A stretch of DNA of 64,000 nucleotides from an uncultured Mycoplasmatota bacterium. Its GTDB lineage: Bacteria > Bacillota_I > Bacilli_A > RF39 > UBA660. The stretch covers positions 13,929 to 77,928 of the forward strand of contig CASEIJ010000031.1 of the NCBI GenBank assembly GCA_949288035.1. Direction: 5' to 3'. A program made the translations under genes and the position numbers. Below are positions 50,488 through 59,548 of the stretch, piece by piece; position 1 is the stretch's first letter, and the number at the start of each line of letters is the position of its first letter. The notes under the pieces were generated by a model. It saw nothing but the letters and a program-made list of their open reading frames with translations, did no database searches and had not been told where the DNA came from.

Positions 50488-50529
50488 GTAGCAGGACTTC
50501 CTACTACTTTTTTTGTATATAAAAAGTAG
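50488..50529 (+). repeat. 42-bp direct repeat copy 2
   Basis: Perfect copy of 49928-49969. Provides the RBS context for comEA. Confidence 0.85.
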
Positions 50530-50541
50530 AGGAGGGAAAAT

Positions 50542-51183
50542 ATGAAAAAAATATCTATTTTATTATTACTTTGTTTATTTGTTATATCTTGTTCGAAGTC
50601 TGAAGATACAATTTCTTTGCAAGAGAAAAATGTACCATCAAAAGAAGAGAAGCAAGAAGAAAAAATGATTGCTGTTGATGTGAAAGGTGCTGTTTTAAAT
50701 CCTGGTGTATATGAGTTTTCTAAGGGGACTGTATTGGATGCGATTACGAAAGCAGGAGGACTTTTAGAAAATGCAGATACCAATTATTTAAATTTAAGTA
50801 AAAAATTAAAAGATGAAATGGTAATTTTAATTTATACAAAAGAAGAAATTGCTGATTTTGAAAATGGAAATCAGTTACAATTACCAATTGAAACTTGTGT
50901 TTGTCCAGAAATAAAAAACGATGGATGTCTAAAAGAAGAAGACGTGGTTACGAACCGAAAAGAAGAAGAAACTGTCACAGTAGAGGAAGGGCCACATGTG
51001 ATATCCATCCTAACTGCTACGAAAGAAGAATGGATGTTACTTCCAGGAATTGGAGAAACAAAAGCAAATGCGATTATTGAATATCGTAATACCAATGGTT
51101 TTCAAAGTATTGAAGATTTAAAAAATGTAAAAGGAATTGGCGATAGTACCTTTGAGAAAATTAAAGAATATCTTACTATGTAG
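50542..51183 (+). CDS. comEA: Competence protein ComEA (lipoprotein, SLBB plus helix-hairpin-helix)
   Basis: Lipobox 'LFVISCS'. C-terminal HhH 'LLPGIGETKANAIIEYRNTNGFQSIEDLKNVKGIGDSTFEKI'. Confidence 0.8.
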   Translation: MKKISILLLLCLFVISCSKSEDTISLQEKNVPSKEEKQEEKMIAVDVKGAVLNPGVYEFSKGTVLDAITKAGGLLENADTNYLNLSKKLKDEMVILIYTKEEIADFENGNQLQLPIETCVCPEIKNDGCLKEEDVVTNRKEEETVTVEEGPHVISILTATKEEWMLLPGIGETKANAIIEYRNTNGFQSIEDLKNVKGIGDSTFEKIKEYLTM

Positions 51184-53182
51184 TATATTATTTACTACTT
51201 GTATTGTTGTATATACTTGTTTAAAGCAAGGGTGGAATGTTCCTAAAGAAGAAGTAAATCAAGCTCGTATTATCGATTTTGAAATAACTGGTGATACATT
51301 AAAACTAGAATTAAAACAAAATCAAAACTATATCGCATATTATCAAATTAAAAGTTTACAAGAAAAGAAATGGTTAAGTAAAAATTTAGAATATGAAATG
51401 ATTATTTCTTTTCAAGGTGAATATCAATTACCAAGTACAAATACTAATTTTTATCAATTCTCATATCGTAATTATTTAAAAAGTCAAAATATTCACTGGC
51501 AAATTCAAATCGAAAAAATTAAAGCTTTAAAGCGTAATCACTCGTTTAAATCAATTGTTAAAAACGGGATTCAAAAAAGAATTGATCATATTCATTCAAA
51601 TGATACCTATTTAAGTTTATTTTTATTAGGGAGTAAGAAAAACTATGATGATGAAATTTATATGAAGCTTGGCGTTAGTCATTTGTTTTGTATTTCTGGA
51701 ATGCATTTTTCTTTCTTTTTAACTTTTTTTCTTTGCTTTTTTAAAGATCGTAAGAAAGCACAATTATATGCGTTTCCGGTGATGTTATTTTATGCTTGGC
51801 TCATTGGTTTTTCTATCTCTGTCATTCGTGTATTAGGTTCTATTTTGTTTTCACTATGTCATGGAAAGAAGTATTTATCTCTTCATGAATTTTATATGGT
51901 ATTTTTCTGTATATTGTTGTGTCTTAATCCATATCGTATTTACGATATTGGCTTTTTATATAGTTTTGTAGTAAGTGATGCTTTAATTATAAGTGCGTGT
52001 TACTTTCAAAAGAAAAAAACATTATCTAAAATGTTCATGATGTCTTTGATTAGTTTTATTGCGAGTATTCCTATTACTTTAACAAGTCAATACGAGTTAC
52101 AATTCACAAGTATATTATGGAATCTAATTTATATTCCTTTTGTCAGTTATATATTATTTCCACTTTCTTTTTTCGTACTGATTTTTCCTATTTGTTTTCC
52201 TATCTTTTCATTTCTCATATCTATTTTAGAGTATGGAAATCAAATCGCCGAAAAAATATTACCAAGTGCTGTTATTTTTAGAAAGCCAGACATTTGTTTT
52301 TATATCTTATTTATATGTTGTTTTTATTCTAAAAAATCTCTTCGTTATAAAACGATTATGATTGTTTGTTTATTATGTATTTTAAAAGTGACAACTTATT
52401 TTTATCCAAATGAATTGGTTATGTTTGATGTTGGACAAGGAGATAGTTTTTTGATTCGAGGGAAAAAAACAATTCTTGTGGATACCGGTGGCAAGTTTAA
52501 TTATCAAAAAGAAAACTGGCAATTGAAAAAAACAAGTTCTTATGCTGAAAGAGTCATTATTCCATACTTAAAAGCAACTGGAATTATAAAAATTGATCAT
52601 TTGATTCTTACACATGGTGATTATGATCATATGGGTGAAAGTATTAATTTAGTAAATAACTTTAAAGTAGAGAAAGTAATATTCAATTGTGGGCCACATA
52701 ATGATTTAGAACAAGAATTAATTAAAGTATTACATAAAAAGAAAATACCATATTACAGTTGTATCAAAGAATTAAATATAGATGATAATAAATTATACTT
52801 TTTAAATAATAAAGATTATGGTAATGAAAATGATAATTCAAGTGTAATTTATACAGAACTCAATAAACATAAATTTCTATTTATGGGAGATGCTGGTGTA
52901 GAAGTAGAAGATGATTTAATAGAAAAATATAATTTACAAAATATAGATGTATTAAAAGTAGGACATCATGGAAGTAAAACAAGTTCAAGTGAAGAATTCA
53001 TAGGTGAGATAAATCCAAAATATTCAGTAATTAGTGTTGGAAAGAACAATAGATATGGTCATCCAAATGATAGTGTATTAGAAAATTTAGAAGATAGTAA
53101 AATTTATAGAACAGATGAAGATGGAAGTATTATGTTTAAAATTGATAATGATAAATTAAAAATTAAAACATGTGCACCATAG
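51137..53182 (+). CDS. comEC: DNA internalization competence protein ComEC/Rec2 (complete, with C-terminal metallo-beta-lactamase domain)
   Basis: Multi-TM competence domain. MBL motifs 'HLILTHGDYDHMGE' and 'VGHHGSKTSSS'. TTG start uncertain (overlaps comEA). Confidence 0.8.
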   Translation: MAIVPLRKLKNILLCSILFTTCIVVYTCLKQGWNVPKEEVNQARIIDFEITGDTLKLELKQNQNYIAYYQIKSLQEKKWLSKNLEYEMIISFQGEYQLPSTNTNFYQFSYRNYLKSQNIHWQIQIEKIKALKRNHSFKSIVKNGIQKRIDHIHSNDTYLSLFLLGSKKNYDDEIYMKLGVSHLFCISGMHFSFFLTFFLCFFKDRKKAQLYAFPVMLFYAWLIGFSISVIRVLGSILFSLCHGKKYLSLHEFYMVFFCILLCLNPYRIYDIGFLYSFVVSDALIISACYFQKKKTLSKMFMMSLISFIASIPITLTSQYELQFTSILWNLIYIPFVSYILFPLSFFVLIFPICFPIFSFLISILEYGNQIAEKILPSAVIFRKPDICFYILFICCFYSKKSLRYKTIMIVCLLCILKVTTYFYPNELVMFDVGQGDSFLIRGKKTILVDTGGKFNYQKENWQLKKTSSYAERVIIPYLKATGIIKIDHLILTHGDYDHMGESINLVNNFKVEKVIFNCGPHNDLEQELIKVLHKKKIPYYSCIKELNIDDNKLYFLNNKDYGNENDNSSVIYTELNKHKFLFMGDAGVEVEDDLIEKYNLQNIDVLKVGHHGSKTSSSEEFIGEINPKYSVISVGKNNRYGHPNDSVLENLEDSKIYRTDEDGSIMFKIDNDKLKIKTCAP

Positions 53183-53198
53183 AAAGGAGAACAAAAAA

Positions 53199-54029
53199 AT
53201 GAATGAAATAAAAGAATATACAGAAAAATTATTTGAAAATATAAAACATATAGATGAAAATGGCAATGAGTATTGGTTGGCTAGAGAATTAATGCCATTA
53301 CTTGAGTACAACAAATGGGAGAGATTTTCTAATGCAATAGAATATGCAAAAACATCTTGTATAAAAAGTGGTTATAATGTTAGTGACCATTTTCCCGAGG
53401 TTGGGAAATTGGTTCAAATAGGTTCAAAAACAAACAGAAAATTGAAAGATTATAAACTATCAAGATATGCATGTTATTTAATAGTACAAAATGGTGATTC
53501 AAGAAAAGAAGCAATAGCTTTAGGTCAAACTTATTTTGCGATTCAAACTAGAAAACAAGAGTTAAATGAAAAAGAATATAGTAAGCTTACTGAAGATGAG
53601 AAAAGATTTTATCAAAGAGATTTAACTAGAAAAGGAAATTATTCTTTGAATATTGCTGCTAGAAATGCTGGAGTAAAGAACTTCGATAAATTTCATAATT
53701 CAGGTTATAAAGGATTATATAATGGAGAAACAGCAAATGATATTGCAAGAAGAAAGAAACTTAGATATAGAGAAGATATTTTGGATAACATGGGCAGTGA
53801 TGAATTAATTGCAAATTTATTTAGAATCTCTCAAACAGAACAAAAATTAAAGAATGAAAATATAAATTTAGAAAGTAAAGCAAATGAAACTCATTTTGAA
53901 GTTGGAAAGGAAATCAGAAATACAATTAAGAAACTTGGTGGAACAATGCCGGAAGATTTGCCAACTCCAGATAAAAGTTTGAAAGAGTTGGAAAAAGAGA
54001 ACAAAACATTAAATGTAAAAAATGTATGA
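53199..54029 (+). CDS. dinD: DNA-damage-inducible protein D homolog
   Basis: Colinear similarity to E. coli DinD: 'YWLARELMPLLEYNKWERF', 'LSRYACYLIVQNGD', 'GQTYFAIQTRKQEL', 'HMGSDELIANLFRISQTEQKLK', 'THFEVGKEIRNTIKKLGGTMPEDLPTP'. Confidence 0.8.
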   Translation: MNEIKEYTEKLFENIKHIDENGNEYWLARELMPLLEYNKWERFSNAIEYAKTSCIKSGYNVSDHFPEVGKLVQIGSKTNRKLKDYKLSRYACYLIVQNGDSRKEAIALGQTYFAIQTRKQELNEKEYSKLTEDEKRFYQRDLTRKGNYSLNIAARNAGVKNFDKFHNSGYKGLYNGETANDIARRKKLRYREDILDNMGSDELIANLFRISQTEQKLKNENINLESKANETHFEVGKEIRNTIKKLGGTMPEDLPTPDKSLKELEKENKTLNVKNV

Positions 54030-54058
54030 TATAATGTATATATAGGATGTGATAAATT

Positions 54059-54631
54059 ATGTTAATAGTTGAAGTTGGGTTTAAATTAGATAAGACTTTA
54101 GAATACTATGATAAAATTTTAAAAATGCATGGATTAGAAAATGATTTTAATTGTGAAACACATGATATATATTATACAAAAGATAATTTAAATGAATTAA
54201 CAGAAAATGAAATGAAACAAAAGTGTATTCGCTTAAGAAATGTAAATTTTAAAGAAGGATATAAAGTAGAAAATAAATTGTTAGATTCATTGAATATTGA
54301 TTTTGTTAATGAAAATGAACTTCTTGATTTTGAAAACAAATTAAAAGAAAATGGATATTTAAAAGTTTTCGATACTAAAAAGAAAGATCATCATTATTAC
54401 AAAGAAGGAATGAACACTAAAGTACAATTACAGGAAATTGACGATATAGGGTTACTTGTATATTTAGATAATTCAAACTATTATGAATTACCTTTAGAGG
54501 AACAAAGAAATAAATTAATTGATGAATTAAATAGTTATGGATTTGATTTTAAATATACGGATTTAGGATTAGATAAACTTAGGACATTATATTATCAAGA
54601 AAAAAAATATAGTAAAAATCAAAATGGTTAA
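54059..54631 (+). CDS. Hypothetical 190-aa protein co-located with dinD
   Basis: ORF 30 bp after dinD. No confident motif; faint resemblance to CYTH/triphosphate-tunnel fold elements ('HDIYYT', 'IRLRN'). Confidence 0.45.
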   Translation: MLIVEVGFKLDKTLEYYDKILKMHGLENDFNCETHDIYYTKDNLNELTENEMKQKCIRLRNVNFKEGYKVENKLLDSLNIDFVNENELLDFENKLKENGYLKVFDTKKKDHHYYKEGMNTKVQLQEIDDIGLLVYLDNSNYYELPLEEQRNKLIDELNSYGFDFKYTDLGLDKLRTLYYQEKKYSKNQNG

Positions 54632-54705
54632 AGCAGAACTACATAAATGTAGTTTTTTCTTTGGAAATAAAGTGTTTTACTCGACTTACTTTTTGACAAT
54701 CAGTA

Positions 54706-55275
54706 CATGGCGATTATGATCATATGGGGGAGAGTATTTCATTTGTAGAACATTTTCCAGTTAAAAATGTTATATTGAATCATGATACTTATAATGATTT
54801 AGAACAAGAATTAATTTTTCTTTTAAAAGAGAAAGGGATTAATTATTTGCAGAATGTAACATCCATTTCTGCAGCAGATTTACAATTACAATTCTTAAAT
54901 CATACAATGTATGATAATGAAAATGATAATTCAAATGTGATATATTTTGGGTTTGGTAAGTTAAACACTTTACTTATGGGAGATGTTAGTAACAAAGTAG
55001 AGACAGATTTATTAGAACAATATCAATTTTCTCATATTGATATCTTAAAAGTAGGACATCATGGTAGTAAAACTAGTACATCAGAGCAATTGATTGAAGC
55101 GATTACTCCACAATATGCATTTATCTCGGTTGGGAAAAATAATCGTTATGGACATCCTAGTAAACAAGTTTTAAATCATTTGAGACAATCCAAAGTTTAT
55201 AGAACAGATGAACATGGAAGTGTTGTTATAAGAAATGTTTATGACCATTATGTGATGAAAACTTGTATCTATTAG
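54706..55275 (+). pseudogene. Relic duplicate of comEC 3' end (metallo-beta-lactamase domain fragment, no start)
   Basis: Encodes 'HGDYDHMGESISFVEHF...VGHHGSKTSTSEQ...KNNRYGHPSKQVL...KTCIY', about 55% identical to residues from 'HGDYDHMGE' to the end of the intact ComEC. In-frame stop immediately upstream; no N-terminal part. Confidence 0.75.
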
Positions 55276-55432
55276 AAAGTAATTTATTACAAGAATATTT
55301 TATGGCAAACTGTATATATTAAAAATAGGAAATGTAACATAGATTGCATTTTAGAATAAAATAAAGCAGATATGTATTTATAGGATATGCTTTCCTGATG
55401 CGCGCTAATTGCATTTAGCGTTTATATAGATA

Positions 55433-55458
55433 GACTGTGAGTAATCACAGTCTTTTTA
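55433..55458 (+). terminator. Rho-independent terminator
   Basis: 'gactgtgagtaatcacagtc' hairpin plus 'ttttt'. Confidence 0.6.
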
Positions 55459-55608
55459 GTAAGAGTGAAGTTATGTACGACAAAAAGATTGAAATTCTTT
55501 CAGAAAATGGTACAATAGTACTGTTTTTTAAAAAAAATGAAAAAATTTGTAAGAAAAAAAGGAATTTGCAAAGTTTTGCAGTATATTAATTAATGAGGGG
55601 GTGTTCTA

Positions 55609-57363
55609 GTGATTGATCAAGAAGAATTACAACAGTTACGAGAGCAAGTGGACATTGTCGATGTAATCTCTAGTTATATCCCATTAACACAAAAAGGAAG
55701 AAATTTCTTTGGGGTGTGTCCTTTTCACGATGATAATCATCCATCGATGAGTGTTTCTAGGGAGAAACAAATTTATACGTGTTTTGCCTGTGGAGCATCT
55801 GGCAATGTATTTAAATTTATTATGGATTATGAACACGTATCTTTTAAAGAAGCGGTTCATAAAGTTGCTATGATAGCTGGAGTAGAGATGAATTTACACT
55901 TGCCAACACATCAGATTTCTTCTAGATATCAAAACTTATATGATTGTTATTCTTTTGCCAGTAAGTTATATCAGAATAATTTACATACGAAATTAGGACA
56001 AGGTGCTTTGGCATATTTAAAGAATCGACAAATTGACGATACTTGTATAAAAGAGTTTGGTATTGGTTATTCTTTAAAGGATGGGCATACATTGACAGAT
56101 TTATTGTTAAAGAAAAATTATGAGAAAAATGTACTGATAAGAAGTGGACTTGTGGTGGAAAATAGTTATGGGTTATCTGATATTTATATAGATCGTGTGA
56201 TGTTTCCACTATGGGATTTAGAAGGACGTGTTGTTGGTTTTTCAGGACGTTTATATAACGATGAAAAACAATTTAAGTATATCAATAGTAAAGAGTCAGA
56301 AATCTTTAAAAAAGGGGAACTCTTATATAATTATCACCGCGCGAAAGAAGAAGCAAGAAAGAAAAAACAAATTATTTTAATGGAAGGTTTTATGGATGTG
56401 ATTCGTGCTTATACGGTTGGTATCAAACATGTTGTTGCAACCATGGGAACCGCAGTGACAAAAGAGCAGGCGAGTCACTTAAAAAGATTATCCAATGAAA
56501 TTATTATTTGTTTTGATGGGGATCAAGCAGGAGCCAAAGGAACAGCGAGTTGTATTGAAGAATTACTAAAACTTGGTGTTACACCGAAAGTGGTCCGCTT
56601 AGAAAACGATTTAGACCCAGATGAATATATCCGTAAATATGGTGCTGAGGCTTTTCAAAAAAAGCTGGACAATCCTATGAGTACGATGGATTTTAAATTA
56701 GCATATTATAAAAAGAATAAAGACTTAAGTGATAGCGCTGATTTAACGCATTATGTGAAAGAAGTCATTCAAGAACTTTCAAAAATACCAGATGATATTA
56801 TGCGTGAAGTAACATTAAAAAAAGTTCATGATGAAAGTGGATTAGATATCTCTTTTTTGAAAGAACAATTGGACAAGTTCCAAACGGAAACCGAAAAGAA
56901 AATGATTGTCCCACCTAGAGTTGTGAAAGAGAAAAAACGTGAGACAAAGTACGAAAAAGCCGAAAAAGGATTGCTTTATTATATGTTAAGAAGTGAACAA
57001 GCAATTCAGGTATATGAAGAAAAAGTGACATTTATGCCAACCAAAGCTTATCGTAATTTAGCACGTGAAATTCGTCTGTTTTATCGTGAATATGGTAAAA
57101 TAGAACTCGCTGATTTTATGACTTATGTCAGTGATAATGAAGTGATGCAAGAAGCACTTTCAGACATTGTAGCACTTAATTTAAAAGAAGAAGCAAGTCT
57201 TGAAGAATTAAATGATTATGCGAGAGTGATTCGTGAATATACAATTAAAGAAGAAATTAAAAGATTACAAAAAGAAATGGAAGGAGCTAGTCTAGAAGAA
57301 AAAACAAAGCTGGCTACTCGTATTGTTGAATTAAAGTTAGGGGATAGAAAATATGATAAATGA
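55609..57363 (+). CDS. dnaG: DNA primase
   Basis: GTG start with RBS 'gagggggtg'. Zinc ribbon '[13 protein letters not shown]...CFACG'. TOPRIM 'ILMEGFMDV...CFDGDQAG'. Confidence 0.9.
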   Translation: MIDQEELQQLREQVDIVDVISSYIPLTQKGRNFFGVCPFHDDNHPSMSVSREKQIYTCFACGASGNVFKFIMDYEHVSFKEAVHKVAMIAGVEMNLHLPTHQISSRYQNLYDCYSFASKLYQNNLHTKLGQGALAYLKNRQIDDTCIKEFGIGYSLKDGHTLTDLLLKKNYEKNVLIRSGLVVENSYGLSDIYIDRVMFPLWDLEGRVVGFSGRLYNDEKQFKYINSKESEIFKKGELLYNYHRAKEEARKKKQIILMEGFMDVIRAYTVGIKHVVATMGTAVTKEQASHLKRLSNEIIICFDGDQAGAKGTASCIEELLKLGVTPKVVRLENDLDPDEYIRKYGAEAFQKKLDNPMSTMDFKLAYYKKNKDLSDSADLTHYVKEVIQELSKIPDDIMREVTLKKVHDESGLDISFLKEQLDKFQTETEKKMIVPPRVVKEKKRETKYEKAEKGLLYYMLRSEQAIQVYEEKVTFMPTKAYRNLAREIRLFYREYGKIELADFMTYVSDNEVMQEALSDIVALNLKEEASLEELNDYARVIREYTIKEEIKRLQKEMEGASLEEKTKLATRIVELKLGDRKYDK

Positions 57364-58456
57364 AATTAAAACATTTGATGTTAGAAAAAAAGAATTAGTA
57401 GAGGAAGGAAAGAAAAAGGGGTATATTACTTATGAAACACTTGCGAATGCATTAAAAGGTTTAGAGTTAGACTCTGATTCGTTAGATGATTTATATACTA
57501 CATTTAGTGAGAATCATATTCCAATTTTATCAGAAGATGAAGCAAATGGTAATAAAGATGGAGAGATGAAAGAAAAAGAACCAGAGAAATTAATTTTAGA
57601 TGATGAGGCAATTACAAAAGATCTTACCATTAATGATCCAGTTCGTATGTATTTAAAAGAGATTGGACAGATTAAATTATTAACAATGGAAGAAGAGTTA
57701 GAACTTGCAGATCGTATTAATTCAGGAGATGAAAGTGCGAAAAATACCCTTGCCGAAGCAAACTTACGTTTAGTAGTTAGTATTGCGAAACGTTATGTTG
57801 GACGTGGTATGTTATTTTTGGATTTAATTCAAGAAGGAAATATTGGTCTTATGAAAGCTGTCGATAAGTTTGATGTGACAAAGGGTTATAAATTTTCTAC
57901 GTATGCAACATGGTGGATTCGTCAAGCAATTACACGTGCGATTGCTGATCAAGCAAGAACAATTCGTGTTCCAGTTCACATGGTTGAAACGATCAATAAA
58001 TTAGCCCGTATTCAACGTCAATTAACACTAGAGTTAAATCGTGAACCAACGGAAGAAGAACTTGCTAAAAAAATGAATTTATCAGTTGAAAAAATACGTG
58101 ATATTTATAAGATTAGTCAAGAACCAGTTAGTTTAGAAACACCAATTGGTGAAGAGGATGATTCTCATTTAGGAGATTTTGTACCTGATGAAAGAAATAT
58201 GAGTCCTGAAGATTATGCTACGAATGAAATGTTAAAAGATGAAATTTCTGAAGTGTTACTTACTTTAACAGAACGTGAAGAAAGAGTGATTCGCTTACGT
58301 TTCGGTTTAGAGGATGGAAAGAGTAGAACACTTGAAGAAGTTGGACAAATGTTTGGTGTTACTCGTGAACGTATTCGTCAAATAGAAGCGAAAGCATTGC
58401 GTAAATTACGTCATCCATCACGTAGTCGTAAATTAAAAGATTATATGGGTGATTAA
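57353..58456 (+). CDS. sigA: RNA polymerase primary sigma factor
   Basis: Region 2 '[18 protein letters not shown]', '[13 protein letters not shown]', region 4 '[28 protein letters not shown]'. Confidence 0.9.
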   Translation: MINEIKTFDVRKKELVEEGKKKGYITYETLANALKGLELDSDSLDDLYTTFSENHIPILSEDEANGNKDGEMKEKEPEKLILDDEAITKDLTINDPVRMYLKEIGQIKLLTMEEELELADRINSGDESAKNTLAEANLRLVVSIAKRYVGRGMLFLDLIQEGNIGLMKAVDKFDVTKGYKFSTYATWWIRQAITRAIADQARTIRVPVHMVETINKLARIQRQLTLELNREPTEEELAKKMNLSVEKIRDIYKISQEPVSLETPIGEEDDSHLGDFVPDERNMSPEDYATNEMLKDEISEVLLTLTEREERVIRLRFGLEDGKSRTLEEVGQMFGVTRERIRQIEAKALRKLRHPSRSRKLKDYMGD

Positions 58457-59100
58457 TGAAATTATCAAACCGTTTAAAAACGATTGCTGATATGGTAAGA
58501 ACCACATCTGTGATTGATGTTGGTTGCGATCATGGACTACTAGATGTTTATTTAGCACAAGAAAAACATATACCTTGTATTGCGAGTGATATTAGTGAGA
58601 ATGCTTTAAAACAAGCAAGAGAAAATATTGATAAATATCAAGTACAAGATTTTGTAAAAGTAATTTGTACGAATGGTCTTCAAGGTATACATGTTTCTAG
58701 TGAAGATACAGTGATCTTATCTGGTATGGGAACGCATACAATTATCAATATTTTAAAAGGAAGAGATGATGTAAAGCATTGTATCATTAGTGCTCATACA
58801 GATATCCCTTATTTAAGAAGATGGATGATATCTCATGGCTATGCCATTGTAGAGGAACAGATCATTGAAGAGAAAAATATATTATATATTGTAATTTCGT
58901 TTGAAAAAAGACAAAGTACTTATCAAGAAATAGACTATGTAGTAGGTCCATATTTAAAATATAATCAAACTTATTTAAAACAATTATTAAAACAAGAACA
59001 AACATTATTACAAAAAATACCTGGAACTCATAAAGCAAAAAGGAAAGAAAAAGAAAGATTGATATCACTATTATTAGAAGCCATCAAAAAAGCCAATTGA
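58456..59100 (+). CDS. trmK: tRNA (adenine22-N1)-methyltransferase
   Basis: 'IDVGCDHGLL' SAM-MTase motif. Position immediately after sigA as in the Bacillus yqfN/trmK. Confidence 0.7.
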   Translation: MKLSNRLKTIADMVRTTSVIDVGCDHGLLDVYLAQEKHIPCIASDISENALKQARENIDKYQVQDFVKVICTNGLQGIHVSSEDTVILSGMGTHTIINILKGRDDVKHCIISAHTDIPYLRRWMISHGYAIVEEQIIEEKNILYIVISFEKRQSTYQEIDYVVGPYLKYNQTYLKQLLKQEQTLLQKIPGTHKAKRKEKERLISLLLEAIKKAN

Positions 59101-59108
59101 TGGCTTTT

Positions 59109-59444
59109 TTATAAAAAGAAAGTAGGACCAGATTCGGTATTGCTTTCTTGTCTTGTACTTGTATTTATATTGACTGTTTCTGTATTACTGGTAGTTTGAC
59201 TAGGAGTATTTGTACGATTAAATTCATTCATAACACGAAACATAGTACGTGCATTTCTAACCATAGGTGAAATTTGTTTTACAGCCGGAATTGCCTGGTT
59301 GATAATATTTAAAGTACGTTGTGTATTATTTAGTATATTGCTCCAATTTATACTACGAAGTCCAGTTGTTAAATTCGAGAACAGTCCTTGTCTAGTTGGC
59401 ATAGATATATATGGGTATAAAGAATATGGATTATAAAAATTCAT
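59109..59444 (-). CDS. Hypothetical Asn/Thr-rich protein
   Basis: RBS 'aaaggagt'. 111 aa. Convergent with trmK, shared hairpin terminator at 59088-59112. Confidence 0.45.
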   Translation of the reverse strand: MNFYNPYSLYPYISMPTRQGLFSNLTTGLRSINWSNILNNTQRTLNIINQAIPAVKQISPMVRNARTMFRVMNEFNRTNTPSQTTSNTETVNINTSTRQESNTESGPTFFL

Positions 59445-59548
59445 GATATACTCCTTTCTAATTTATTGTATGCAACCATACAAAAAATGTTTTACTTGTT
59501 TTTATTTGTATGGTATAATGAGATTATAAAAGAATAGGGGATGCAAGC

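Noticed and set aside
51137-51183. comEA-comEC 47-nt overlap suggesting a fusion or programmed frameshift
   Set aside because: This is more simply explained by an uncertain (TTG/late) comEC start codon. The frames are different and both products are complete.
53100-53200. Searched for a Gram-positive LexA (Cheo) box GAAC-N4-GTTC upstream of dinD
   Set aside because: No match found. dinD starts 17 bp after comEC and is more likely co-transcribed than SOS-regulated here.
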